From positions 287,308,001 to 287,372,000 of the forward strand of contig OZ024740.1 of assembly GCA_964016885.1 (NCBI GenBank): 64,000 nt of DNA, in the 5' to 3' direction. The position numbers and the translations under genes are program-made. The DNA is from Eledone cirrhosa. Lineage: Eukaryota. Shown piece by piece: positions 27,636 to 42,142 of the stretch (within the stretch, counting starts at the first letter, position 1; the number at the start of each line of letters is the position of its first letter). The notes below the pieces were generated by a model. That model made no database searches, was not told the origin of the DNA, and was given only the letters and a program-made list of their open reading frames with translations.

Positions 27636-30129
27636 TATATGTATATATATAATGAAATTTGTCAAAATTCAATCTCTGCAATGTAAACTCCAAAATTACA
27701 TAATTTTTTTCTCTCCAGTTCTTTTTTTTTTTACAATGTTGCATCATTATTGTTGATTGCTCTTTCTTTCATTGTGGCTGCTTTATTGTTAGGCAGGAGT
27801 GTCTGAGTGGTATTGATGCTTTGTTCTGAGTTCAGCAGAACATCAGTGACAGCAGACCATCTCAATAGTCTATAACTAAAAGACTGACACTTAAGTTATT
27901 CAACCAATCAAGCATTACCGTATTGTGTCATGAAACAGTAAGGAGAAAATTGATTTTTTTTGTCTTTGTTTTTAAACATATACTTTATGTTACTATTTTA
28001 ACTCTCAGACGTACGATTTGTACCTTGCCAAATAAAATCAATATAATTATATGCAGTAGCTATAATGAATGCTGCCAATAGTTTGAAGATTTAACATATC
28101 AGAACTTGCAGTTAATCAATATAGTTAAATATGTTAGTGATGACAGATTGCTGCTGTAGAGGTATGTGTTGTAGTAATTAAGCTGTAAATACAACAAAAG
28201 AACTGTTTGAAGTTTATATTTGTAGGAATGCAGCATACTGAAGGACAGTGTCCATGGAATATGATGAAGTATTGAACAGTTATCAGAAAATATAAATGAA
28301 ATAATAACTAAGATTCTGAAATATTTTGTTTTCAGTGAAAGACTTGACAAATTATACTAACATTGTTAGATGTCTGAGTCACATCTATATATATATTTAC
28401 AGTCCTCACTGGAGCAATGTGCGACACATGGCCAACCCTAGCCAGACTTATTTCCCGGCATGGACGACCCGTCTAACCCATGCAAGCATGGAAAAATTTA
28501 CGTTAAACGGAAATGATGATGATGATTATATATATATATATATATACACACACATTATATATACACACACATTATATATATATATAAACATCATAGTCAT
28601 TATGTGTATATTTTTGATTTTCTTAGTTGAAAAACAAAGAAGACCAGGTCTGAATGCACACTTAATACATATTGATTGTGGTTAAGCTATAGTGAGTATA
28701 TTTATCATAATGGTTTTAGGTTCAATGAAAACATTCCCATTTCACTTTATATATAGATCATCAGGATCTAACCTTTGTCTAAAAGCCATATTTTTGTATT
28801 TACTTGCAAAATATAAGTTTTAAAACAAAGGTTAACTCCTGATGATCTCTGTATTAGAGTGAAATAAGAATTTATTTATTGTACTAGAAGTCATAATACA
28901 CACACATATGCAAGCATGAAAAAGTTGTTACAATGTAATCTAGAGATTAAATCAATGTAAAGTAAGAAGAAAAATGCTTGATAACCTGATATAATATTAT
29001 TCATAAACATAGATACCAGAATAACTAACACTGAATGGGAATTGAGGTGGGGATGGCAGTTAGAATGTTTATATAAGTTAACGTAGGTGAGTTTTATAGA
29101 TACTTTTCCTGATATCTAAACTATGAAGTAAAAAGAATAAACAACCAACTTGCTAGAGGAACATTTACAGTTTTTCTCATAAATTCTGTACTGAAAAATT
29201 ATTTTCTACTTTCCAAAATCAAACATGTTAATGTCTGTGTTTATGTTTACTGTTTGCTTACATCCTGTAATTTAGCAGTTTAACAAACAGAGATTAATAA
29301 AATAAGTACTAGACTTTAAAAAAATATGTATTGGATGTTGATAAGACCAAGTAAAATCCCTTGAAAACACTGCTCACAGTCTAATGGTTGAAACTAGCAA
29401 GAGTTAGAGAATAATGAAATAGCCTTTACAGAACATCTTTTTTTCTCTAAACTGGTGACATTGATACAGAACTTGAACTTCTGGAGTTTGAACCATAGAT
29501 TGTTAATATTGATATCTAATATCAACAAAAGACCACACAGTTTGGAGGAAAATACAGTCAAATATATTGACTTCAATACTTCAAATGTTCGTATTTTATC
29601 AACCCACCCCACCACAGAAGGATGAGAGGATTTGAACTTAGACCATAAAAAAAAGATGTAATAAAATGCTACAAGTCATTTTGCTTGACATTCTACTGAT
29701 TCAGCACCCCCACTCCTACTTTTAGTAATTAATAGTAATTAATGAGAGTGGTTGACTGGAAGGATAATTAGAATATCATAAAATGTCTTGTGCTATTTAG
29801 TTACAGTTTTTGTAAGTTTTAAGTTCAAATACACAGAGGTCAGCCTGATTTTTGTTCTTCAGAGTTTGATAAAACAATGTACTGATCAGGAACTAGTGTA
29901 AATTTTAATCAATTATAACTTCCCTACTAAAAAAGATTGAGGCCTTTTGTCTATGTTAGATACCAATATTAATTAACATTGCTATAACCTTATCAGGGTT
30001 TTATAGGCTATAGACAGAACCCTCTAAGAGATGAAAACCTAGAGGCTGTGAAAAGTTTACTGTATAAATAGCTGAAGACTATTTCTGTTTGTTCATTCAC
30101 AAACATTGAGCAGTGCCAGTGCAAGATAT

Positions 30130-30680
30130 GAACTACTGACCTCTTGTCTAATTGACCAACACCCTATTAATTAACCCATCTACAGATCACTCTAAACTAC
30201 TGACAAATGCTCTATTAATTCAACCAAATATAGTTTTCCCTAAACTACTCAACAGTACCTTATTAACCCTTTAATGTTCAAACCGGCCAGAATTCTCTAC
30301 CTCTTTCTGTTGAAACTGGCTGTAACTGGCCACTCATACTGGTGTTAAGGTATTGTTCTCAAAATCTCATAAATTCGATATTATGTGAGATAATTATGCG
30401 AAGTAAAGCCTTTACCATGAAAATATAATAGTATATATAGAATAATGTAAATGCTAAAGTGTTAAATCATATCTCACTAACCTACTAGCCCTTTGTCTGA
30501 TTCACCTTGTCTGACTGACCACTGCCCTGTTAAATCAACCATCTGCAGATTTCTATAAACTATTGATCAATACCCTATTGCTTTAACTGTCTACAGACCT
30601 TTCTTAACTACTGATCCCTTATTTGATTGAATCCAATCTCTTTAAACAACTGATCCATTGTCTGTAATACACTATATCTT
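30130..30680. repeat. Degenerate minisatellite (about 45-50 bp) interrupted by a MITE
   Basis: Recurrent taaactactga...ctatt...aacc..tctacaga motifs. Confidence 0.55.
30267..30461. mobile_element. piggyBac-like MITE, family A (reverse orientation)
   Basis: TTAA flanks, decayed TIRs, internal sequence is the reverse complement of the 18570 copy. Confidence 0.75.
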
Positions 30681-31002
30681 CAGTGTCACAGTTCATCTAA
30701 CACTGTGTCAAAATATGTTTTGTGATACCAGACTAAAGGGTTTCACACTGGTTTCTGTATAAGACATTAATCTACCTTAAGCAACATCCCTTGAAAAACA
30801 AAAACAAAACCAACAAAAAAATCTACAACCCTGGTATCTGTTCCCCAGATCTAGGTAAACTTACCCTCAAATAATTCAATCACTTAAATCCAGGTTATAA
30901 ATTCATTAACAACAACACACAAAACACACTGGTCTCTAATTTTGGCACAAAGCTAACAATTAATGGGGAAGAGAAAGTCAATTCTATCACCCCAGTACTT
31001 AC

Positions 31003-31143
31003 TTGATATTATGATGAATACGTATTTTGATAGAAATGGTAAAGTCTTGGTTTGAAATGGCTCCTTTTGTTTGGCGAATCATGTCTTGTACAATCTCTGG
31101 TTTACGAAGAAGGCAAGCTCCATAGCCTTCAGCTTGAGCCCAC
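31003..31143 (-). CDS. DUS4L: DUS4L coding exon
   Basis: ttgaag| ... |gtaagt; WAQAEGYGACLLRKPEIVQDMIRQTKGAISNQDFTISIKIRIHHNI. Confidence 0.95.
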
Positions 31144-32186
31144 CTTCAAAGTGAGAAGGTCAATAGGATTAGATTTAGCATTTCAGTAAAGATTAGTTAA
31201 TTAAAATATACAACATGAAATAATGACAGCTATCTGTAGATAATCCTAAATCATAAAAAAATTCAGCCTGAAAGATGTAAATGAAGGTAATCTTCATTAT
31301 TGTTAAATTATTAAACCATTAACCTAATTAAATTATAGTTTTTAATCAAGTCGAAAATGAGAGAAAGTGTGTGTGTGAGAAAGAGAGAGAGAGAGAGGAG
31401 GTGGAGGGGGGAGGGGAGAAAGAAAGAATACATATGTCAAAAAAGATACTAGTCAAAATTTATTGACACCCAGATGTCTGTGTAAAACTAGTTAACTTCA
31501 TACATAACACTCACTCTATAACATATGTAAACGATAGAACACATACATAAATACATACAGCATGGCTGCATCTTAGTTTTGAGAATTGCCATATCTTGAC
31601 CTTTTTCTTGTACATGGGTGGCATGAACATGACTTTAAGTTATGAACATGACTTCATGCATGAGCATGAACATGACTTTAAGTTATTTAGATCAAGTGAT
31701 GCTTGTGCTTGAAACTTTTTGAAGTGAAGAAAAGCCTTGCATTGAACCAATCCCATTCTCTGAGCAATGATGACAGGTATCCAAAAAGAAGAATATGTTA
31801 ACATCATTGGCTGCTTTCAAGTCGCAGATTTGACATCAGTTTTCCTTCTACTAGAATGATGTTCTAACAAGAACTAGGGTTTTCTCACTCTTGGGCTAAC
31901 CATGTGCTCGGGCACCAAACCGAGTAGTTCCATATCCTTACCCATGCATGCATACATTCATACACACACACACACATATTCTTGGTCGCTTAAGGCTGAT
32001 GAAACCAGGATAAGCCCTAGCCTGATGACCCTTTGGACTTGTGACAGACTTTAACCTTTTTAATTTAAGAGTATAATACAGAGTATTTCTTTGTTCTAAC
32101 ATGGTAATACAATAGCTTCCACTCTTCTAACAGGATGGTAATGGTATGAACAGGATGTAGTGTGTAGTAGGAAAAATATCATTTAC

Positions 32187-32228
32187 CTCTGTGGACAGCC
32201 ACAGTTGAGGTCAACACCATCAGCATAT
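32187..32228 (-). CDS. DUS4L: DUS4L 42-nt exon with the catalytic NCGCP motif
   Basis: ccacag| ... |gtaaat; YADGVDLNCGCPQ(R). Confidence 0.95.
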
Positions 32229-32751
32229 CTGTGGAGGAGAAATATATGACAAACAAATTGATGAGGTCAAGAAAAAAAAAGGACAAAGAAACTAGAACAG
32301 TGTAAGAAGTCAATAATATTCTAAGGCTAAAAAATAGGTTAGTATAGTTGAAGCAGGAGGTAGATCACCAGGCATTCTTTATCCTCCATTATCATTTAGC
32401 ATCCATTCTCTCTGATAGCAAGAGTTGGATATGTCATCACAGTCCTTCATGCAGGCTGGGGGCCCAACATACAATGCCACACTCTACCAAGTACATTATA
32501 TCATGGCTCCAATGATAGGGAAGTTGTCATGTCCTTGACACAGCTGAAAAATCTCCCTGACACTTTGTTTGGCAGGTTTTCTATAGTTGTATGGTTGGGT
32601 GCCCTTCTTATCACCAACCACTTTACAGAGTGTACTGGGTGCATGTAATGTGTAGATTACCAACATTAGAGAAGTTGTCATGTTTCTGACCTGACACAAC
32701 TAAAGAGTCTTTAACAGAATGCTGGGTTGATGTATATATATATATATATAT

Positions 32752-33328
32752 TGTAAAGGAGCATTTCATGCCGAAATACTCCTGCGTCGTATGTCACCAG
32801 TTTTAACAGGATGGTTTTAAGAGTAGATGTATCACCACAAAGTCTCAGGTTCTGTTGCTGTTGTGATAATACCTCTGGAAGGAATCCTTCCATATCACAT
32901 TTAAAGGCATTGTTGTGGTAACAGTTTGGTAGTAAGATGTTAGGAATATCGACAACGACTTTGGTGTGTTTTACATTATTTATTAATAAGGTTGAGCTGA
33001 GTGGAGCTGAGTAGCTGGCATGCCAAGAGAGATAAAACAAACAAATTAAGAGTTCAGGAGGCATGGTCTACTGCCTGAAGTGTTGCCAGGCCGTGGTTAA
33101 GTTGTTGTGTTACATGTTGGCTAGTGATTTCACGACGAAAGAAAGTTAGGTGTTTACCTTTTCGAAGTCAGCGTGCAAGAGAGAGATTTCTCAAATCCTC
33201 ACGGGAATTTTTTCCTCAGGGCGCGTAGGGATACATTCTCTTCTACTGGCGTTGATTGGCTGAGCTGAGCTAAATCACGCACAGAGAACAGAGAATGTAT
33301 GTGAGGCCACGGAATGTAGGTCACTATA
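32752..33328 (-). mobile_element. Probable solo LTR
   Basis: CpG-richer 577-bp block; minus strand TATAGTGAC (TG decayed)...CCTTTACA, CCAAT near the 5' end, AATAAA at 32984-32979; TSD not clear. Confidence 0.45.
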
Positions 33329-34135
33329 AGTCCTCTTGACCATTTTGGCATGCTTTATACAGTATCACCTTACTGGGTGCATTTTTATGGCACTAGAGAG
33401 GTTGTCAGTCATTGACTCAACTGAAGAGCCCTCTCTACCCTATGGACAGTGGTGGGGTGTGTGTCGAAGGTGGAGGGATAGGAGAGAGTGAAGCGTGGTG
33501 AGTGGAAAGGGGGAAACCACTGGCAGTAAGGCAAGGTACTGTGGTGATAATAGCCACTTAGACTGGTGTGTTAGGGTTTTAGAAGGGCAATCTAGAGTAA
33601 AGTGGAAAGGTGAGTAGTGACCCTAGACAGAGTGTGGATGTTAGGATTTAGGATGAGTGGAAATGATCCTGGATAGAATAGGGGTGGCCATTAGTGTGAT
33701 TAATCAAGTGTTTCTGTGTCCAAATCTAAAAACTCATTATCATCATCATTTTATCTTCCTTTTCCATGCTGGCATGAGTTGGACAAGTCATCACAACCTG
33801 TGACTAGATAGATTGGAGAACTACATCATGTTCATATGTTCCATATTTTGGCTTAGTTTTTATGGCTGGATGCCCATCCTAATGCCAACCACTTTACAAA
33901 AAATACTGCAGTAGGCAGTGTATCAGTCTCATCATCATCATCATCATCATTTTATGTCTGTTTTCCCCTCTTGCATGAGTTGGATGGGTCATTCTTAGTA
34001 TAGCATCTCTCCACTTGTTGTGTTCCTTTGTCATCTCCTCTGTGAGCTTTAGAAATAGTAGTAGTAGTAGTCACAAGAACAGCTAAGACAGTAAGAAATA
34101 TTAATAAAATAAAAGAGAGATAGATCATTGCTTAC

Positions 34136-34211
34136 GGTACAACAATTTGGGAAGCACTGACAAAATCTTGAGTGTTACTGGCTGCAAACTGAACTATAAG
34201 TGGCCGGTCAA
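34136..34211 (-). CDS. DUS4L: DUS4L coding exon
   Basis: tttcag| ... |gtaagc; DRPLIVQFAASNTQDFVSASQIVV(P). Confidence 0.95.
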
Positions 34212-34282
34212 CTGAAACAAAGAGAAAGGAAAGGTAGAGGGAATATCTCCAGGAACCCACTTACCATAAAGTCCAGCAAATA

Positions 34283-34462
34283 CCATATATACTCAAATAT
34301 AAGCTAAGGAATATGTGACAAAAAAAAAAAGGGGGTTGGTTTATATACACCATCTAAACAATGTGTTGATTAGCTGCCTCGGCTTATAAATGGGGTTTGG
34401 ATTTTTGCCCATTTCTCAGGTATAAAATATGGGGCAGACAGCTTATATTTGAGTATATACAG
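34283..34462. mobile_element. Same TA-target MITE family, short form
   Basis: TA-ccatatatactcaaatataagc...gcttatatttgagtatatacag-TA. Confidence 0.85.
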
Positions 34463-34489
34463 TAATTTAATTATTATGTTTTGTTTTAA

Positions 34490-34708
34490 TTCTTTTGATA
34501 CCAACCCAGCCAAAACTGGTTCTAGTTTTATGAAACAAAACCACCTATTTTAAAGGGTTCCTATTTAAACTAAAATCTTCCAACATAAGAATCATTGTTT
34601 ACAAGTAATATCTTAATAATTTTAGTAAATCTATCAAATATTTCTTCAATTAATTAAAATTTTAATTAAAATATAGTACATTCCATTAGAAATACGGTCA
34701 CAAAAAGG
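34490..34708. mobile_element. TTAA-flanked MITE, family B
   Basis: TTAA flanks; reverse-complement similarity to the 17120 and 36290 copies. Confidence 0.6.
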
Positions 34709-34743
34709 TTAATTCTAGTGCTTTATGGTGTTTTTTTTTTTAA

Positions 34744-35175
34744 CATTTGATATCAACCCAGTCCAAACTGGCTCTGGTTCCTTTAAAGGTTTCTTCCAAC
34801 ATAATTTTAGTAAATGTTGCCAAATATAATAAGCCTGGGCAAGGTGCTTGTGAAAGACAGCAGTTATCTGTGCATGCCTGTCTCCCCTCTTTTTGTCACC
34901 GATGCTATCCAAGAGAAACACATAGGCTGATACAGCTGGATGCCAGTGTCATCACATCTCATTGTGCCCAACTAGGTGGACAAGAGCAGCATGAAATAAA
35001 GAGTTTTGATCAAAGACACAGTGTGCCGCTCAGTCTGGAAATCAAACTCACAACCTTACAATTGTGAGCCCAACATTCTAACCACTAGACCATGTGTCTT
35101 CAACACATCCATGCAAATTTTTCATTAATTAACTGAAATACATTGTATGTCATTAGAAATATGGAAACAAAAGGG
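34744..35175. mobile_element. TTAA-flanked MITE family B interrupted by a minus-strand SINE (about 34830-35105)
   Basis: MITE ends at TTAA sites; the interior carries reverse-complement tRNA-head SINE sequence. Confidence 0.55.
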
Positions 35176-35484
35176 TTAACGGTTCTATGTTGGGATTGAG
35201 GTATAAGCTAAACAAGTTATAGCTAAGAGCCTCAAAATAATTAAAAGGCATATATGCTTACAATTTTTTGTGAGGATTTCTGGTGTAATATTTTAACAGT
35301 AACACCCTAGCTATATATAGCTTAGGGCTTCACCATATTTAAATCTGATACTGCAGACAGCATGTTTCCTGGTTTCTGGGAAGATTGTTGTAGCATACTG
35401 AAAGAGATTGCTAACCCCTCACTCAAAGTTTCCTCCATATCTTGGAGGAAAAGGGACACTATAACCCACTAAGAGTGCAGTGTA

Positions 35485-35530
<46 letters not shown>

Positions 35531-35715
35531 AGGAAGGGAGGAGACAGAGTAAGACAGGGAGAATAAACTCCAGTACTTGACTGGTACTTATCAACCATGG
35601 AAGGATGATAGAAAAAGTTCCCCTCATCAGGATTTGAACTCAGAATGCAAAACAAAACAAACAACAGAATAATTAATCTAAAGCCCTACCAATTCTGACA
35701 ATCAACTGTTATTTG

Positions 35716-35900
35716 GATTGGCAGTGTCGGTAGAGGGTCAGACGCCATGCTTTCCAGCATAGTTACGTCCCTTTACGATCTGAGTTCAAATCCCGCCAAG
35801 GTTAACTTTGCCTTTCATCCTTATGGGGTCGATAAAATAAAATACCAGTGATGAACTGGGTAATTGCTGGCCTTGTGCCTAAAGTAGAAACAGTTATTAT
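35716..35900 (+). mobile_element. SINE family 1
   Basis: Near-identical to the 5000 copy. Confidence 0.85.
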
Positions 35901-36289
35901 AATGTGGTGAGCATAGAATAGGTTAACCCTTTCATTACCATAGTTCTACTGAGACATTCTGTTTCAATTAATCAATGAAGAATTTTGACAGATTTACTAA
36001 AATTACTCAGTATTTCATTACTAATACATAACTTAACACATGGTTCTTATATAAAATTATGTTGAAAGATATTAATATAAAGAAGAACCTTTAGAATGAG
36101 TATGAATACATGTTATTGGACATTATAAGTATGAAAAATAATACAACAGAGACACTGACAAGATTTGAACCTAGTATCTATGGCTTGCCAGGTGGTTTAA
36201 GACCTGTCAATCTAATGGTTGTTCTTTTTTATTCCAAAATTGGTGCTTATAATATTACTTAGATTAAATTTTTAGTTGTTGTTGCTTAA

Positions 36290-36514
36290 CTCTTTTGATG
36301 TCATATTTCTATGTTTTTCTATTAATTTTGCAAATAATCAACAATTTGAAAGAATTTAGAAAAATAACTAACCATATTATCAAGCTGTTGTTTAGTACAC
36401 AGCTTAACAAAATATTCTTCCATGACAATATTAAAAAAAAAATGTAAACATTTTAAAACAAGAGGTCTGTCATCATAGAATTGGGCAGTTTTGGCTGGAC
36501 TGGTATCGAAAGAG
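36290..36514. mobile_element. TTAA-flanked MITE, family B
   Basis: TTAA-ctcttttgat...atcgaaagag-TTAA. Confidence 0.65.
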
Positions 36515-36849
36515 TTAACATCAGGTCAATTCTGATTAATTCTCACAGTCCTGTACTACATGAAACCAAATTAGCAAGACATTCTTGAAAGGTACAAGAC
36601 TGCATCACATTAAAAACCTTTTACAAAAACGTTTTTACATTAGTTTAATGCAAATTTTCATGACAATTTGTCCACTAGTAAAGGTACTATAAATATCTGA
36701 ATTAACAAACATGTTTTTAGATATTTTCTGTGAAATGATTACAAGATGATAAGAGTGAAGCAGACCTTGATTATAGGTTTGATTGATCCCAGCTGATCAA
36801 CAGAGCTTAACCACATCACCATGAAATATTGCATAGAAATACTACTAAC

Positions 36850-36971
36850 CATTACAAGTTGTAAAATCACTATCTCTGGCTTTCAATGAACAGAGAAAAC
36901 TTCTTGAAACTATCATTGGAGTATAAGCCAAGTCCACACCATATTTTCGAGTCAAAAGGCGGAAGGGTAAT
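36850..36971 (-). CDS. DUS4L: DUS4L coding exon (most 5' exon found)
   Basis: tttcag| ... |gttagt; LPFRLLTRKYGVDLAYTPMIVSRSFLCSLKARDSDFTTCN; starts in phase 2. Confidence 0.94.
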
Positions 36972-37011
36972 CTGAAATGAAGATACAAATAAATATATAT
37001 ATATATATATA

Positions 37012-37810
37012 CAGGGTGCAGCAGTTGTTTTAGAACATTTGCATGAATTTAGAAAAAGACGCATAACACATCAAAGAAATACTATATTTAGATACAAATT
37101 GGTACAAATATTATTTACAATACATTTATGATATCTATTCAATGAATCTTCTGTTATCTTCAATGATTGCTTCAATATGGGGTCTGAAGTGTTGGCGTGC
37201 CTGAATCAGTTGAACTTAGACTTGAGAGAGTCTATAGTGTTTCGAGGGAGATGATTGACCTCTTTTTCAACTACGTCCCATACGTCCAGGGGATTGAGAC
37301 CTGGTGGGCTAGGTAGGAGGCCATGTCTCTGGAAGAACGTGGTCATGGAGATTGTCACACATTCATGCTTGTGTTGGTCTGATTTTATGTGAGGGTACAG
37401 AGTCTTGTTGGAAGACAAACAATCTTCCATTGCTTACCTGGTCTATCCAGGGATTTACAAGTGTCTCAAACACCCTCTTTGTAGACAGCAGCATTGACTC
37501 GTTAGCCCTGAGAAAAAGAAAATGAGGAGGCATGACATCTCCCTTGTTGCTGACAATACCCAGAACCATCACAGTTACTGGAAATTTAGTGTACATGACT
37601 GTTGGAACCTCATTTGGATCTCTGCATAGCCATCTATCATTGCTTCAGTTTACCTTTTGATCCTGATTAATGTTCTTCTTATCAGAAAAGAACCAAAGCA
37701 TTCCAGCTTTTTGATGTTTTATTTTATTCAGTAAGTGCTTTATATGGACCAAATGATTTTCTTTTGTCACATCTGATATAAACTGGCCTTTCTGCATCAC
37801 ATACGATTTG
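37012..37810 (-). mobile_element. Decayed Tc1/mariner-superfamily (maT/DD37D-like) transposon
   Basis: TA-CAGGGTG terminus; fragments KFPVTVMVLG...PPHF, FVFQQDSVPSH, PSPPGLNPLD-VW. Confidence 0.82.
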
Positions 37811-38602
37811 TCAGGTCAGGTGACCATGTCTTGCTCATACAAAATTATTTCTAGCTTAGTTTTTATAGCTGGATGTCTTTCCTAACCAATCACATTACAG
37901 TGTGGACTAGGTGCTTTTTACCATGGCACCAAAATGACCATCTAACATGGTGGACTGGGTGTTTTTAACAGTGGCACTAGCATGACCATCTACAGGGTGG
38001 ACTGGGTGCTTTTTTGTCATGTCACCAGCTTTATAGCATAGACTGAAGGCTTTTCATTGTTACCAGTGGTTTTCATTGTGGTGGCAGTACTGTAGGAGAG
38101 TAGGTATGGGTAATGTCCAGCTTTCTATGGTTTAGAGGTGGGTGAAATGAGTATGTAGGCTGTGGATGGGTGAATATTAAGTTGTGGGAATGTGTGTGGG
38201 TGGGGGAGCAACATGAAATAAAGTTTCTTGCTTAAGAACACAACACACAGCCTGGTCCAGGAATCAAATTCATAATTTCACGATTGTAAGCCTGATGTTC
38301 TAACCACTAAGCCATGCACCTTCAGATATATTAGCTTAGTACACCTTGTGAAAGTAAGCAGCCTAGTGATTAAGGTGTCCAGCTCACAATCACAATGTCA
38401 CTGTTGCTCCAATTCTCTCAGTTCAAATGAGCATCCTACTTTGTACTTTCAGTTGTTTAATACCAATGAAAGCAGGACAAGTTCCAGTTTGATGAGCCTT
38501 CGGGCTTGGGACAGACTTTAACCATTTAACCATAGTACACTTAACTGTTGGTAATAGGTATCAGATAACCTGGGAATATTACTATATCCTACCAAGGTAA
38601 AA

Positions 38603-38892
38603 GTGTGGAGGCACGTGGCTTAGTGGTAAGGGTGTTGGACTTACAATCATAATGTTGTGGGTTCGATTCCTGGGTTACGTGTTGTGTTCTTGAGCCAAAC
38701 ATTTCATTTCACGTTGCTCCAGTATACTCAGCTGAAAATGAGTACCAGCAATAGCTGGGGGTATAACCCTGTGATGGACTGGTGTCCTGTACAGGGGGAA
38801 GTCTTGTACTCTCAGTTGCTTCATGCCATGAAACCGGGATAAGCACTGGTCAAATAAGCCTTTTGGCTTAAGACAGACTTTAGACTTTTTAG
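38603..38892 (+). mobile_element. tRNA-head/CORE-like SINE, family 2a, with 12-bp TSD
   Basis: A-box TGGCTTAGTGG, B-box GGTTCGATTCC, (agacttt)n tail; accaaggtaaaa at 38591-38602 and 38893-38904. Confidence 0.88.
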
Positions 38893-39574
38893 ACCAAGGT
38901 AAAATGACATTCTGTCAAGAAGATATATCTCTCCTCACATGACCTTTGGTGTAGCATATTCTATTCTATATTACCTCAGTCAACACAGTAGTTGGCTGGG
39001 AAATAGAGATAAGATCATTACAGATTCTTACTTGCCACACCATAAACTCTTATACAAGTTGAGATCTATCTGTCTTCCACTTCATGACATGATGCAAGAG
39101 CTAAACAAACATTTTGTGAGTTTAAGAAGCATTCTTCTTTTATAACTGTCACATACAATTGTAAGGGCATTAATGCATTTATTTCAGTGATAAAAGACAA
39201 TCACTATCACAGTTCAACTAACATGGCTACATCTATGCTGTTGCTTGATTTGCTAGAAGCAGCAACCAAATCTCTATGATATGAGACCTTACTTTCTTTT
39301 AAAAAGCACATGGACAATGTAGTTCTAAATATACAAAACAAGAGATGGTCAAGGTGGGAGAGACTTTGATTAGAGCTCATATCAGTTAAGATTCAGTTGG
39401 GGCTAAACAAAAACAACTTATTCAAGTAAAAATGTAAAAAATGTTTGTATAATATTCATTTAAAAAACAACTAGAAAATGAATGGGATGATATGACTAAG
39501 GGAGATAAGTATTGTAAATTATTTTTCTTTTTTTAGGATTAATCTTATATTGAACAGAAATACACACACACACA

Positions 39575-41152
<1,578 letters not shown>

Positions 41153-41620
41153 ATATATACACACACACACAAATTTAGATCAATATACAATAATATCAAC
41201 CTTGCTGCACCATAACCACTCAAAAAGATAACATAGAAGTAGGCAGAACAGTAGTGACAGTAAAGATAGTAAATCACTGTTCTTTGAAGTCTATACAGTG
41301 CTGTTTTGGGTTGAGAGAAACTCCACCAATTACCATTATTAATCAATAATTACTAAAGTTTAGATAACAACCATCTTCAGTATATGCATAATCCATCCCA
41401 CCCTTGCTAGCAGTGTCAGTTAAACAATGGTATTATATATATATATATATATATACGGGGTAACAAATAATAGTTAAATGCAGTCCACTTAGGTATAGTC
41501 CAGTTATGGTATTCCAGGTAGTGGATGATATTAACGCTTGGCTTGGTTTGACTCAACAAGGCGTTTTCATAGTGATGCTGCGGGTATGCTGTAATTCCTA
41601 TGTTGTAAACATATACATAT

Positions 41621-41678
<58 letters not shown>

Positions 41679-42142
41679 TCAACGAGATCGCATTTCGGTG
41701 GGTAGAAAAAGCGAAACGTAACGCATATAAATATATATATCATCATATATATATATATATATCATTTTTCATTTCATCATTTATATATATATATATATGT
41801 CATCATATATATGATGATATATATATTTATATATATATATTATCATATACATATACATACATATATAGTATTTCGTTCGTTTTCCTGTCTTCACTCATAT
41901 ATATTTTATATATACATTTGCATATGTGTGTGTATATATATATGTGTGTAAATATGTATATACACACAGAATAAAGTTATATCTGTATATGACAGAAGGT
42001 ATATATATATCATCTAAACAACTGCATGGAAATATATAACTGAGGGGCTTATATTCCCTATCATTTATAGAAGTATTCTGAAATGGGCATGCTAATTTGC
42101 ATATTATTAAGTTAATTAAGATATATATATATCTATATATAT

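Noticed and set aside
38605-38680. Functional tRNA genes at Pol III box sites (also 5000, 40397, 52806)
   Set aside because: Heads continue into SINE bodies with tails or TSDs; cloverleaves are incomplete
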